64,000 bases of DNA from Lachnospiraceae bacterium (GCA_045546255.1 JAZQCK010000038.1:1613-65612), one strand, 5' to 3'. Positions 25,770 to 36,786 are shown, counted from the first letter of the stretch. Translations and numbers: made by a program. The notes: generated by a model from the sequence alone, not told the origin.

Positions 25770-27313
25770 ACCGGATTCTTCTCAAACAGCGCTTTCTCCA
25801 CGACCGTAATGATCGGGGCAGGCGGATCTGCAATGCACTCCGCTCCGCTATCTTTAAACCACATCGCCTTCGGCGTATCGCTTGTAAGCGGCTCCCAAAT
25901 TGGCATCGGCGTATCATCCGCGTCATTGCCGTTCGGATCTCCGGTTTTTACAAAGTTCGCAAGGTAGTTGCACATATGCCGGGCGAGATCAAAGTGGAAG
26001 CCCTTAAACGGCCGCCAGCATTTTGCGAGCGTCTCGAACCAGAACCACAGATCAGACGAATGGAAGGTCTTCGGATCGTCCCAGCCCGGAATCGACGGAT
26101 CAAACACAGCGTAATAAACCGGCGAGTCAATGCCGAGCTCCTCGTTTCGCTTTTTCACAGCACGCGCACCAAGCTCGATGCCGGAAAGTTCCGATACTTT
26201 CTTTGCTTTTTCGAGTTCACCTTTTTCGCAGAGTTCTCCGAGCTTAAGCCCATCGTCAGCACAAAGATTAAGGAACTCTTCATAAGCAGAGCCGAACCAC
26301 GCCTTCGCATCTTCCTGGAACTGATCCACAGTTTCGGATTTCATGCCGGCCATGAATTCGGTAGAGGTGCGGGTAAAGATGATCGGCATATGCCAATACT
26401 TTCCTTTGAGGAGCTGTTCCTCGTGCGAGCCAACCGAGAACTGTCCGTCGATCACTGTTCCAAAAAATCTCGGATTTTCCACCAGCTTGTCACGAATATA
26501 AAATGCGTCGAGCGCCCTTGCTTCCTCCAGCGTTTTAACGCCTAAAATATCAAAAAATTCTTCTCCGGATTTTTCCGCGTTCTCCAGTGACTTCCCTGCA
26601 AACATGGACGGATAGATGCTGAACATGATGCCGGAGATCACGGCTGCTTTTTGGAAAAGACCTTCGTTCTGCGGCGAGATCAGCTGGGATAAGACACTGC
26701 CGCCGCCTGCGGACTGCCCGCCGATTGTGATGTTATCCGGATCGCCGCCGAATGCTGCGATGTTGCGTTTCACCCATTTGATGCCTGCCTGCTGATCGAG
26801 GTGACCGAAGTTTGTCGGCGCATCCGGTTGCTCTTTCGTAAGCTGCGGATGAGCAAGAAAGCCGAATATGTTGAGACGGTAGTTGACTGTCACGACAACG
26901 ATGCCGCGCCGCGCAAGGCGTTCGCCGTCAAATTCCATTTCGGCCGGGTTTCCTTCCTGCAGGCCTCCGCCAAAGAACCAGACAAAGACCGGCAGCTTTT
27001 CATCCGCCGTCTTCGCCGGCGTCCATACATTTAAGTACAGACAGTCCTCATTCATTTCGATCGTCGGATCAACATTCCACTCGCGGGAATAGATATTATT
27101 CAAGTCCAGCCCCGGAATGTGCTGCATGGAGATCGGCTTAAATATATAACACTCTTTCTCCCCCTCCCATGGGATCAAGGGCTGCGGCGCACGCCAGCGG
27201 TTTTCGCCGACCGGCGGCGCTGCAAAGGGGATACCTTTATAACTGATGATGCGCGGATCCGCAGCCGGAGCGCCGACCACGATGCCGCCTTCCACTGTCG
27301 CTTTCTTGATCAT
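25766..27313 (-). CDS. type-B carboxylesterase (para-nitrobenzyl esterase-like)
   Basis: GGQSAGG nucleophile motif and N-terminal YKGIPFAAPP. Start set at MIKKATV with AAGGAGG upstream. The track ORF is 41 aa longer. Confidence 0.85.
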   Translation of the reverse strand: MIKKATVEGGIVVGAPAADPRIISYKGIPFAAPPVGENRWRAPQPLIPWEGEKECYIFKPISMQHIPGLDLNNIYSREWNVDPTIEMNEDCLYLNVWTPAKTADEKLPVFVWFFGGGLQEGNPAEMEFDGERLARRGIVVVTVNYRLNIFGFLAHPQLTKEQPDAPTNFGHLDQQAGIKWVKRNIAAFGGDPDNITIGGQSAGGGSVLSQLISPQNEGLFQKAAVISGIMFSIYPSMFAGKSLENAEKSGEEFFDILGVKTLEEARALDAFYIRDKLVENPRFFGTVIDGQFSVGSHEEQLLKGKYWHMPIIFTRTSTEFMAGMKSETVDQFQEDAKAWFGSAYEEFLNLCADDGLKLGELCEKGELEKAKKVSELSGIELGARAVKKRNEELGIDSPVYYAVFDPSIPGWDDPKTFHSSDLWFWFETLAKCWRPFKGFHFDLARHMCNYLANFVKTGDPNGNDADDTPMPIWEPLTSDTPKAMWFKDSGAECIADPPAPIITVVEKALFEKNPV

Positions 27314-27639
27314 AAGAACCTCCTTAGATGATAGACTCTCTTGCTCTGATTCTGTTCGCGGATCTAATCTGCGGACGTATATAGATAATGCGAAATTACT
27401 ATTGTTTATATAATTATGATACGGCCGCCCATCCAATTAATGAAATGCTTAAAAGCGATGAGGTCATTCATTACGATTAAGATTTACTAAACTTTATTAA
27501 AATTGTAGAATAGGAGTAGCTGACATGTTTTAATGCCTTGGTCAAAGCAAAGGCAGGAACAAAAGGCAACGCAACTTCCGTGCCGAGACAAGGACAGTCG
27601 TTTAGAGCAATATAGAAATTAGAATAAACATAGAAACCA

Positions 27640-28431
27640 ATGCAGGAACAATTTTCGAGGACAGAATTATTATATGGCGAAGAAGCGATGAAAAAATTTG
27701 CCGTTTCCCGCGTTGCCGTCTTTGGCGTCGGAGGCGTCGGTGGCTATGTCGTGGAGGCCCTTGCAAGAAGCGGAATCGGTGCGCTGGACCTAATTGATAA
27801 CGACACAGTTGCGCTTTCGAACCTGAACCGCCAGATCATCGCAACGCATAAGACCATTGGGAGATATAAAGTTGATGTTGCGGCGGAACGCATCGCGGAT
27901 ATTGCGCCAGACTGCGTTGTTCGCACCTACAAAACGTTCTATCTCCCGGAAACGCAGGACCAGTTCGACTTCCGTGAATATGACTATGTCGTGGATGCAA
28001 TTGACACTGTGACAGGAAAACTTGCGATCATTGAAAATGCTAAGAAAGCTGGTGTTCCGGTCATCTCATCGATGGGTGCCGGAAATAAGATGAAGCCTTC
28101 GATGTTTGAAGTCGCTGACCTATATGAGACCTCGGTCTGCCCTCTCGCCAAAGTCATGCGGCGCGAATGCAAAAAACGCGGAATTGATTCGCTGAAAGTC
28201 GTGTACTCAAAAGAAGAAGCACTGAAGCCGATCGCTGATACAGAGAAAGGCAGTCATGCTTATGAGGACAGCATACAAGGCTCAGGCAGTGACGGCGCAC
28301 AGTCAGAAGCAGCACCTTCTGAAACCGGCCGACGCTCTACTCCGGGATCGACTGCATTTGCTCCATCCGTTGCAGGACTGATCATCGCCGGCGAGATCAT
28401 CAACGACCTCGCGGCGGAAGTAGAAAAATGA
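27640..28431 (+). CDS. tcdA: tRNA threonylcarbamoyladenosine dehydratase (ThiF/E1-like)
   Basis: GVGGVGG Rossmann motif followed by NLNRQ. Confidence 0.8.
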   Translation: MQEQFSRTELLYGEEAMKKFAVSRVAVFGVGGVGGYVVEALARSGIGALDLIDNDTVALSNLNRQIIATHKTIGRYKVDVAAERIADIAPDCVVRTYKTFYLPETQDQFDFREYDYVVDAIDTVTGKLAIIENAKKAGVPVISSMGAGNKMKPSMFEVADLYETSVCPLAKVMRRECKKRGIDSLKVVYSKEEALKPIADTEKGSHAYEDSIQGSGSDGAQSEAAPSETGRRSTPGSTAFAPSVAGLIIAGEIINDLAAEVEK

Positions 28432-28462
28432 AACGAAGCAAACAACCTAACTCCAGGATAAA

Positions 28463-29293
28463 ATGAACGAAGCAAACAACCTAACTCCAGAATTAGAAGA
28501 AAAACTTACGAGACTTAAAGATTACATTCGAAGCCTCGGCTCACTTGCGGTCGGTTTTTCCGGCGGTGTTGATTCCACGCTGCTTTTGACCGTGGCAAAA
28601 GATGTTCTTGGCGAGCACGCTTTGGCAGTGACCGCGAAGGTCGCTTCCGTTCCGGCGCGTGAGATCAAAGAAGCCACGGAGTTTTGCAAAGCACACGGAA
28701 TACGTCACATCATTTGTGAGTATGATCCAATGGTGATCGATGAGTTCCGGCATAACGATCCGGAGCGCTGCTACTTCTGCAAGCTTGGCATCTTTTCTGA
28801 AATCAAACGCATCGCAAAAGAAGCCGGCATCGAATATGTTGCCGAAGGATCCAACATGGATGACCTTGGTGACTACCGCCCGGGAATCCGTGCCGTGGAT
28901 GAGCTGAAAGTCGTAAGCCCATTGCGGGAAGCGTGGCTTTATAAATCGGAGATCCGCGCGATCTCAAAAGCGCTGGATCTTCCAACCTGGGACAAGCCGT
29001 CCTATGCCTGCCTTGCATCGCGTTTTGTCTATGGCGAAGAGATCACAGAAGAAAAGCTGCGCATGGTGGAAGAGGCAGAAGAGTTTCTGATCGGCCGTGG
29101 CTTTCTTGAAGAGCGCGTCCGCATTCACGGAGATATGGCGCGAATTGAAGTCCCGCCGAAAGATATTACAAAACTCGCCGCTGATGGCCTTCGCGAGGAA
29201 ATCGATCAACGCTTTAAAGAAATCGGCTTCCGTTTTGTGACACTGGACATGCAGGGCTACCGCACCGGAAGCATGAACGAAACCATCCGTTAG
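28463..29293 (+). CDS. PP-loop ATP-utilising enzyme, LarE-like sulfur transferase
   Basis: SGGVDS PP-loop, RCYFCK and ACLASR motifs. Confidence 0.75.
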   Translation: MNEANNLTPELEEKLTRLKDYIRSLGSLAVGFSGGVDSTLLLTVAKDVLGEHALAVTAKVASVPAREIKEATEFCKAHGIRHIICEYDPMVIDEFRHNDPERCYFCKLGIFSEIKRIAKEAGIEYVAEGSNMDDLGDYRPGIRAVDELKVVSPLREAWLYKSEIRAISKALDLPTWDKPSYACLASRFVYGEEITEEKLRMVEEAEEFLIGRGFLEERVRIHGDMARIEVPPKDITKLAADGLREEIDQRFKEIGFRFVTLDMQGYRTGSMNETIR

Positions 29294-29373
29294 GAAATTC
29301 GGAATAACACTTGAATCACAGCTAGAATCGAATCCGAATAAAAGATAAAACCACATCATTAAAGGAGTCCACT

Positions 29374-29934
29374 ATGATTGAAAATGAAGTATTGAAAAAT
29401 ATGAAGACCCGGTTCAGCTGCAGAAAGTTCAAACCGGACCCGGTCGAAAGAGAAAAACTCGAAGCGATTCTTGATGCGGCGAAGTATGCTGCCAACGGCC
29501 ACCACATGGAGGCATGGCACTTCACCATCGTTGAATCCCAAGAAGCAAAAAAGGAGCTCATGGATGCCGTCGCACCGGAGCCGGAAGATTTCAAAAAGCT
29601 GGCGCCGAAAGGCGTGACCTGGCCATTCCCATCCGACTTCTTCGGCGCGCCCGTCGTGATCATGGTCTCCTATGACCCGAAGGCACCGTGGCCGGATGCC
29701 GGCGCATTCTTAGCTGCCGGAAACATCATGAACGCCGCCCATTCTTTAGGCCTTGAAGCCTGCGCGCTGACGGTCCTTTCCAAAGACGTCTTCCGCACAG
29801 AAGAGACCTCCGCTAACAGAGCAAAATTTATCCCGGAAGGCTATGAGCTCTATCTTTCCATGGTGCTCGGCTATCCGGAAGTGATCCCGACCAACAAACC
29901 GCCACGCAAAGAAGGCGTCGAAACCTGGCTGTAA
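29374..29934 (+). CDS. nitroreductase family protein
   Basis: RFSCRKF N-terminal motif, 186 aa. Confidence 0.8.
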   Translation: MIENEVLKNMKTRFSCRKFKPDPVEREKLEAILDAAKYAANGHHMEAWHFTIVESQEAKKELMDAVAPEPEDFKKLAPKGVTWPFPSDFFGAPVVIMVSYDPKAPWPDAGAFLAAGNIMNAAHSLGLEACALTVLSKDVFRTEETSANRAKFIPEGYELYLSMVLGYPEVIPTNKPPRKEGVETWL

Positions 29935-29950
29935 AACAGCCGCCCGATCC

Positions 29951-30247
29951 TTACTTCCCGACCTTCTCACCGTTCAGCAGGACTACATTCATAACTTCAA
30001 CCTCAACCTTCTCCCACACCTTATTCACGATGTAGGGCTCGCTTGCCAGATACTCATTCAGCAACTCGCGGTTTTCAAAATCAAAGATCAGGACCGAGCC
30101 TTTCATCTTTCCTTCTTCGTCCAAAAGGCCGCCGGCGCAAAGCACCTTGCCTTTCACTTTGCCCATGTTTTCCAAATGCTGTCCGCGGACTTCCATCCGC
30201 TTTTCCAGCATGCCTGCTCCATCATAACCTGTAACAATAAACTGCAT
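29951..30247 (-). CDS. YciI family protein
   Basis: 98 aa with a YciI-like pattern (H..NM...G....AGG..DE.G...GS). Confidence 0.7.
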   Translation of the reverse strand: MQFIVTGYDGAGMLEKRMEVRGQHLENMGKVKGKVLCAGGLLDEEGKMKGSVLIFDFENRELLNEYLASEPYIVNKVWEKVEVEVMNVVLLNGEKVGK

Positions 30248-30271
30248 AATAACCTCCTATTCTGCTTCGTC

Positions 30272-31195
30272 TTAAATCTTGTGCTCCGCAAAAAACTCTT
30301 CTGCGATTTTAAGGAAGACTGATAGCGCCTGGTTCGTGCTGTCCTTTTTATAACCCATTACCAAACCGCTTTCCGTATTTTTGATCGGAACGGCAACAAT
30401 CATCGGGTTATCAAAGTCCTTGTAAAATCGGTCCGCGATAAACACTTCCCGGTCCGTCATCAGATTAAAAGTCAGCGAAGAGGCACTTTGCGTGAAGTAT
30501 GTGATGTTCGGAGAAAAGCCATGCTCCTCACACAGAAGATTGACTGCCTCGCTATAGCTCGGAGTCTTAAGCGGCGAAATCGAAATAAATTCAGACTGCC
30601 TGAGCTCTTCAATTCCAATGCTTTTTCTTCTTGCCAGCGGATGCGACTTCAGCATATAGGCATAATGCGGGCTTTCGCCAATCACCACAGAAGTGTAGTC
30701 CTCACCCAGCATATCAATATCATAAAGCACCGTGAATGCAACGTCTGTGGTTCCGTCAATCAGCGCAGTTCGAATCTCCTCCGCCGGCATCGTCTCAACT
30801 GCGGCTTTGATATCCGGACGCTTCTTGATAAAATGCCCGACGATCGGGAGCAGCACACTGTCCGGCTTATGCGTATCCAGACATGCGATTCGCAGATTTT
30901 TATTGAGTCCTGTCTGGATGACAGACGCTTCAAAAAGTGTTGTTTCGATATCATTACCAACACGCCTGATATGCTCATAGACATATTTCCCCGCAGGCGT
31001 CGGTTTGATGCGGTTGCCATTTCTTATAAACAGCTGCAGCCCCATCATGTTTTCCATCGCAAGGATCGCCTTGCTGACAGTGGACTGCGTGATATGCAGC
31101 TGCTCTGCCGCTTTTGTAAAACTGTTCAGCTCCACGACATAAGTGAAACATTGGAGCTGTCCGATGCTGATGTTGCGAATATCAATGTTATGCAT
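30272..31195 (-). CDS. LysR family transcriptional regulator
   Basis: N-terminal HTH (LQCFTYVVELNSFTKAAEQLHITQSTVSKAI). Start set at MHNID. Confidence 0.85.
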   Translation of the reverse strand: MHNIDIRNISIGQLQCFTYVVELNSFTKAAEQLHITQSTVSKAILAMENMMGLQLFIRNGNRIKPTPAGKYVYEHIRRVGNDIETTLFEASVIQTGLNKNLRIACLDTHKPDSVLLPIVGHFIKKRPDIKAAVETMPAEEIRTALIDGTTDVAFTVLYDIDMLGEDYTSVVIGESPHYAYMLKSHPLARRKSIGIEELRQSEFISISPLKTPSYSEAVNLLCEEHGFSPNITYFTQSASSLTFNLMTDREVFIADRFYKDFDNPMIVAVPIKNTESGLVMGYKKDSTNQALSVFLKIAEEFFAEHKI

Positions 31196-31300
31196 AACGA
31201 TTTCCTTTCCTGTCGAACCCGTTGCTACTAAATATATACCAAAAAAGTCCCCTCTCAGCAATATCAGCCGAGAGGGGGCTTTGGAGAGTTTATGCCCTAT

Positions 31301-32314
31301 TTATTCGTATTGGATTCCGAATTTTTCGGTATTAAACTTGCGGATCTCATCGCGGATCACTTCCAGGGATAACGGGAAGAAACTTGTCGGATCTCCGTAT
31401 GTGATACTCGGGATAAAATGTCCTGCCGGTGTATAGGTTTCCAGAACACGCCGTGTCTCTTTGCGGATCTGCTCTTCTGTTGCATCTTCCGTATCAACCA
31501 GAGCGGTCTCGATGCCGCCCATCAGAGCCATGCGTCCGTCCAGTTCTTTCTGGATTGCAAGGATATCATTATCCGGAAGCACGCCCTGCCACAAGTCGAT
31601 TCCGATCTCTGCCATATCAGAAACGATCGGCTGAAGGAAACTGTCCGCATGATGGATAACCAGAATATCATGTTCATGCGCATAATCATAAAGCTTCTTG
31701 TACTGTGGCTTCAGAAACTCTCTCCAGACTTCCGGGCTCATGAACATGCTCTGCTTTGCGCCCCAATCATCATGGGAGAGAATAGCATCCGGATGGAATT
31801 TTTCTGTCAGGATGCGCAGGTATTCCAGTCGATGATTGCCAATCGCCTCACAAAGATCCATCATGTCATCCGGCTCTAAAAGGAAGTTCATCAGCGTGTC
31901 TTCAAAGCCCATCATGGAGTGAAGCTGCTCGAAAACTCCGGTCGTCATGAATGCCATCGTCATCTTCTGTGTGCGGTCGATCGCATCCACTCTTTTTTGG
32001 AATTCATCCCAAACGGCCTGATCATTTTCGATCGGTGAAAGATCCGGGATCTCCACCTGGTCACGCCAGCAAGTGATGTCGGTAATTGCAAGTTTCGTGT
32101 GGTCCGGAATTGCTGCGATCTGATCCTCCGGCCAGACTTTCGTTACGCCCCATTTGGTAACAAACGGCTCCATTCCCTTATATGGTGCGCCGTGCACATA
32201 GACGTTCACAGGATCACCTGGCAGCCATTCCACTGCTTCATATTCATTTACAATACGGTCCGGATGTCCGTCTTTTTTAATAGTCTCCAGAAAATTTTCG
32301 CGCGGTGTCAGCAT
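31301..32314 (-). CDS. uroporphyrinogen decarboxylase (URO-D) family protein, MtaA/CmuA-like methyltransferase type
   Basis: URO-D fold length and motifs. In anaerobes this stand-alone form usually acts as a corrinoid methyltransferase. Confidence 0.75.
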   Translation of the reverse strand: MLTPRENFLETIKKDGHPDRIVNEYEAVEWLPGDPVNVYVHGAPYKGMEPFVTKWGVTKVWPEDQIAAIPDHTKLAITDITCWRDQVEIPDLSPIENDQAVWDEFQKRVDAIDRTQKMTMAFMTTGVFEQLHSMMGFEDTLMNFLLEPDDMMDLCEAIGNHRLEYLRILTEKFHPDAILSHDDWGAKQSMFMSPEVWREFLKPQYKKLYDYAHEHDILVIHHADSFLQPIVSDMAEIGIDLWQGVLPDNDILAIQKELDGRMALMGGIETALVDTEDATEEQIRKETRRVLETYTPAGHFIPSITYGDPTSFFPLSLEVIRDEIRKFNTEKFGIQYE

Positions 32315-32332
32315 GTGAATACCTCTACTTTC

Positions 32333-33637
32333 TTATTTCATCAGTTCCTGTGTGAATTTCTCTGCCTGCTCTTCTGTCATGAAGTCACGGTTGTACTCGT
32401 GCTCTTTGATGAAGCAGACGATGATAACAACTACGATCGATGCTGCTGCAGCAATGATGTAGGATAATCTTAAGTTTCCGGTTGCGTTGAGGACCGTACC
32501 ATTTACGAAGAATCCTAAAGAGGAAACCAGTGCCTGGATCGGGAACAGCACACTGTTCACTTTTGCAAATCCGTGGCGTCCGAAGACTGCTGCCGGAAGA
32601 GATGTTGTAAAGTTTGCAGAACCGCCGAGTGCAACAGCGAACATAACTAAGAAGATAATAACCAGCGGACGTTTTTCCGTAACTTCCAGTAACAGAGCAA
32701 CAGCATACCAGATACCGAACATGATCATGGTTTTCTTTGTACCGAGTTTCTGATCCAGTGCGCCGATCAGCCAGGAACCTGCGATACCGGCGAATGCAAG
32801 GATCGTCATGATGCCGACTGCCTCAGCCTGAGTAAATCCAATTTCCTGATTACGAACAACCAGCTGTGTAATAATTACAGTAGATACGAACTGGAATCCG
32901 CCAGAAGCGATGGCAACCAGCCAGAAGGTTTTTCTCTTAAGGAGTTTCTTGACAGTCCATCCACCATCTTCATCGATTGCTTCGTTGAAATATTCTTTTT
33001 CGAACTCTTCGTCAGTAACGTTGTCCGGATTGATGCCTCTTTCCTGCGGAGTGTTTCTGATACAGAGAATACCAACGATTGCAAGAAGAACGACCAGGAT
33101 GGCAGGAATGATCACTGCATTAGTAACGCCCATTTTGCTTACAAGCCATGTGATCAGCGGTACGAAGAAACCGGTCGCCATGTTATGTCCCATTGTCGTG
33201 TATCCCATAACGATACCTTTTTTCTTCGGGAACCACTGTGCGACCAGGGCGCCGCCTGCGATGTAGCCTGCGCTCATGCAGCCGATCGTGCAGATGCAAA
33301 GGAAGATTGCATATACTGCAAGACTGCCTGCACGACCCATTCCAAAATAGCCGATACCGCCTAAGATCAGGCAGATGAAAGATGTGACTCTAGGTCCGAT
33401 CTTTCGGTTGACCGCACCCATGACAAAGAAAAAGATGACGCCGACCATTGCTGCAACGGTTCCCATCTGGAGAACACTGCCGGCAGGAACGCCAAGTTTT
33501 TCTGCGACTGCCGGAGCAACAATATTGGAACTGTCGTTAACCATGCCGGCATAAAACCAGAACATGAGCAGACAGTAAATGATCGTGCCCCATCCTTTAC
33601 CAAAGCCAAACAATTCTTTTACTTTTGATTTTTTCAT
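32333..33637 (-). CDS. MFS transporter (OFA-like)
   Basis: 12 TM segments with the MFS loop 2-3 motif. Confidence 0.85.
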   Translation of the reverse strand: MKKSKVKELFGFGKGWGTIIYCLLMFWFYAGMVNDSSNIVAPAVAEKLGVPAGSVLQMGTVAAMVGVIFFFVMGAVNRKIGPRVTSFICLILGGIGYFGMGRAGSLAVYAIFLCICTIGCMSAGYIAGGALVAQWFPKKKGIVMGYTTMGHNMATGFFVPLITWLVSKMGVTNAVIIPAILVVLLAIVGILCIRNTPQERGINPDNVTDEEFEKEYFNEAIDEDGGWTVKKLLKRKTFWLVAIASGGFQFVSTVIITQLVVRNQEIGFTQAEAVGIMTILAFAGIAGSWLIGALDQKLGTKKTMIMFGIWYAVALLLEVTEKRPLVIIFLVMFAVALGGSANFTTSLPAAVFGRHGFAKVNSVLFPIQALVSSLGFFVNGTVLNATGNLRLSYIIAAAASIVVVIIVCFIKEHEYNRDFMTEEQAEKFTQELMK

Positions 33638-33755
33638 TTCTCTTACCCCACTAAATCATGTCTAACGATTGTTGATAAAACAAAATTATCAAACTTAGCA
33701 GGGTGTGTAAAATGAATGGTTGGCGTTCTTGGATTCCAAAATGGAATCCAAGATT

Positions 33756-34526
33756 TTATTCACCAGACATGCTGTAATAAGTAAGATTCATGCCTTCCAT
33801 CGTGGTAGAGTTCGCCTCTGCGTCATAGAGGAATCTGAAATCCAGCGAATAGCACATCATCGTCTCGCCTTGCGGAACCATACGGTCATAGCTTATTTCG
33901 ATGATCGTACCGGCCACGGAGTCAGAAGATACGCGAAGATCCGCATACGGATTTCCAAGTTTTTCAATCACGTCCTCCATCGGCGTGCCGTATGTCAAAC
34001 CTTCATAGCTGTAGGGAATCGTAAACTCCGCTATTCCACCGGAAAATCCATAAACCGGAAACTCTGCAATCGGTGCCGGCTGGTCAGACGGGTTTCTCAT
34101 CAAAGAAAGTATCGCTTGTTTTCCGTCTCTGTGTAAGGTGACGCCAAAACTCGCTTGTGGGTCAACAGTGTCACCTGGCTTTTCCACGTCAAAGCCAAGC
34201 GTTTCGAGATCTTTGACCTTGGTCTCTCCGACCTTGATCGAAATTCCGTCAATTTCCACTTCGTTGCTGAAATCCTTTTCCGGCCTATCTTCTCCGAAAT
34301 CCCAATAGCAAGTCTGATAACTTTCATCGGAATCATCGATGTATCGCTCCGCACCCGAGGTATCAACATTTGCTTCGATATATGCAATGGCACTCTCGAG
34401 GTCTTCGTGAAGTTTGGCCGGATCTGCCGGCACAGAAGATTCGACCTCGATCGGCGAGATATCGCCGCATGCGCACATGCAAAGTGCAAGTGCCAGTATC
34501 ATAAAAATCGCTGCAAGTTTTTTCAT
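33756..34526 (-). CDS. lipoprotein, hypothetical
   Basis: Start set at MKKLAAIFMILALALCMCACG (lipobox) with an AAGGAG RBS. Confidence 0.55.
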   Translation of the reverse strand: MKKLAAIFMILALALCMCACGDISPIEVESSVPADPAKLHEDLESAIAYIEANVDTSGAERYIDDSDESYQTCYWDFGEDRPEKDFSNEVEIDGISIKVGETKVKDLETLGFDVEKPGDTVDPQASFGVTLHRDGKQAILSLMRNPSDQPAPIAEFPVYGFSGGIAEFTIPYSYEGLTYGTPMEDVIEKLGNPYADLRVSSDSVAGTIIEISYDRMVPQGETMMCYSLDFRFLYDAEANSTTMEGMNLTYYSMSGE

Positions 34527-34685
34527 ATTCGTCTCCTTTGATGTCAAAGTATTAGTTTCATATTTTGTATTATTATACCATGCGCTTGTGCAAATTATGA
34601 AGTGGCTGCAGAAAAGAGGCGGAGCGCACGCCCTGCCTCTTTAACCCCTCTCCTTTTTGCCCAGTTATGGAAAGTGATTCGTAAC

Positions 34686-36704
34686 TTATTCTTTAATAAA
34701 AGCGATGGACTCGTCACTTGCGCCAACCTTAAGCGCAGCAATGTAGCCGGTTCTTGTACACTGATCAACTTTACCAGGTTTGATTGCATCACCGATGACA
34801 TAAACTTTTGCATCGCCGGCAGCTTCCTTCAGATCAGAGTAATCTACACTCTTCATACCGAGTGCATAAACAACGGTATCTGCTTCGAGTTCCTGAACGC
34901 CGTTTTCATTTTCGATCTTGACACTGTGATCCGTGATCTCAAGGCACTTCGTCTTCGGAAGCATCACCATGTTATTCTTTTCCATCTCCCAGATCAAAGC
35001 CTCTCTGTACATACCGAAGGACTCGTTTGCAATGCGGTCAAGCATTTCAACAACCGTGACTTCATGGCCTGTCTTTTGCAGGAACAGACCTGTCTCGCAG
35101 CCAACCAGACCGCCGCCGATCATGACAACTTTCTTGCCGACTTCACAGGTGCCGTCATAGATTTCCATTGCCTGATGAGCATTCTCGATTCCCTGAATCG
35201 GCGGGCATGCGGGCTTAGAGCCGGTTGCGATGATGATCTCATCTGCCTGGAATTCACGGATGAAGTCCGGTGTTGCTTCTGTATTTAAGCAAATTTCGGC
35301 ATCCGTTTCTTTCAGCTCTCTGATCAGCGTATCCTTGAAATTACGAAGATCCGGTTTATCAATATCAACATCGGTGAAGTATAAAAGTCCGCCGAGTTTA
35401 TCTGTCTTTTCAACCAGTGTTACTTTATGTCCTCTTCTAGATGCCGTAAGTGCTGCCTGAATGCCGGCGATTCCGCCGCCGATCACGAGCACTTTTTGGG
35501 ATCCTTTTTCAGCAGGCGGAAGCTGCTCCGGATCAAACGGAAGATGTGCCATCGGGTTGATCGTACAGTAACCAACATAAACGGAAAGCTCTTCACTGTT
35601 GAACGGAAGATCTGTGTAACCTTCTTCCGGTGAACCCGGGAAGCATTTGTAGCATCTTAAGCATCTGTGGATCTGGTCCTCTTTTCCGTCCATACATTTC
35701 TGAACGAAATTCGGATCTGCGAGCATCTGTCTGCCCAGGATAACGAAGTCGATCTTTCCATCAGCGATTGCCTTGTCTGCCTGCTCCGGAGAGTTGATAC
35801 CGCCAACAGCACCAACCGGCAGGGAGGTATAAGTCTTAACAATTGCAGCCGGTTCAATATTCAGGCCATGCTCATGGAACATGCTGGATTCCGTACCGGA
35901 TTTAACAGACTCTTCATAGATACCGCAAGTGATATGAACAGACGTCAGATACGGCTCAACCATCTTGATGAATTCACCGGTCTCCTGCGGAGTGATTCCG
36001 CCTGGCTGATGATCGGTTCCATCAATACGAAGCTCGATCAGGAAATCAGGGCCGACTGCCTCTCTGACTGCTTGAATGATCTGCTTCGGGAAACGTGCGC
36101 GGTTTTCAAGGGAGCCACCATACTCATCCGTTCTCTGGTTGATCAACGGTGAGAGGAACTGTGTAAAGAGGAATCCATGTCCGCCATGAAGAAGCACGCC
36201 GTCGAAGCCGGCTTTCTGCATGTAAGTTGCAGCAACTGCAAACTCATTTGCAACGCGGTCCATATCCTCTTTTGTCATTGGTCTTGAAGTGAAGCCTGCA
36301 TAGTTGGTCGTTGCACACGGACCGATAACTTCCTGCTCCGGAGAGAACGGAACTTTCTCTCTTCCCGGATGAGCAAGCTCTGCAAGTGCGATGCAATCAT
36401 GCGCCTTGATCCTGTCCGCATAAGTCTTGATCGCATTAAAGGTTTCCATATCCTCTTCCGGTTTCGCAAAATCAAATTTGCGGAAGCCCGGGATACGGTC
36501 AGCATCTGTAAAGTTGACGTCAGTTTCGCCCAGGATAACGCAGGCATTTCCGCCTTTTGCCGGGCCTTCCAGCTTACGGTAGGAAACTTCCGCAGCTTCC
36601 GGATTTAAGGCGATCAGACTGAATGCCATTGGAGAACTGACGACGCGGTTTTTGTAAACTTTATTCCCTACTTTCATAGGGCTCAGTAAGTGTTCAAATT
36701 TCAT
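34686..36704 (-). CDS. OYE-like FMN domain + 4Fe-4S + FAD/NAD(P) domain oxidoreductase (2,4-dienoyl-CoA reductase / enoate reductase type)
   Basis: N-terminal NADH:flavin oxidoreductase barrel, a CLRCYKC cluster region, and GGGIAG and GGGLVG dinucleotide motifs. 672 aa. Confidence 0.85.
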   Translation of the reverse strand: MKFEHLLSPMKVGNKVYKNRVVSSPMAFSLIALNPEAAEVSYRKLEGPAKGGNACVILGETDVNFTDADRIPGFRKFDFAKPEEDMETFNAIKTYADRIKAHDCIALAELAHPGREKVPFSPEQEVIGPCATTNYAGFTSRPMTKEDMDRVANEFAVAATYMQKAGFDGVLLHGGHGFLFTQFLSPLINQRTDEYGGSLENRARFPKQIIQAVREAVGPDFLIELRIDGTDHQPGGITPQETGEFIKMVEPYLTSVHITCGIYEESVKSGTESSMFHEHGLNIEPAAIVKTYTSLPVGAVGGINSPEQADKAIADGKIDFVILGRQMLADPNFVQKCMDGKEDQIHRCLRCYKCFPGSPEEGYTDLPFNSEELSVYVGYCTINPMAHLPFDPEQLPPAEKGSQKVLVIGGGIAGIQAALTASRRGHKVTLVEKTDKLGGLLYFTDVDIDKPDLRNFKDTLIRELKETDAEICLNTEATPDFIREFQADEIIIATGSKPACPPIQGIENAHQAMEIYDGTCEVGKKVVMIGGGLVGCETGLFLQKTGHEVTVVEMLDRIANESFGMYREALIWEMEKNNMVMLPKTKCLEITDHSVKIENENGVQELEADTVVYALGMKSVDYSDLKEAAGDAKVYVIGDAIKPGKVDQCTRTGYIAALKVGASDESIAFIKE

Positions 36705-36786
36705 TTTTCTTCTCCTTCCAACAAGAATCTTTATATAAAATAATAAACCTCATTCTTATTTTATTACTTATTAATTGTAGAGAGAA

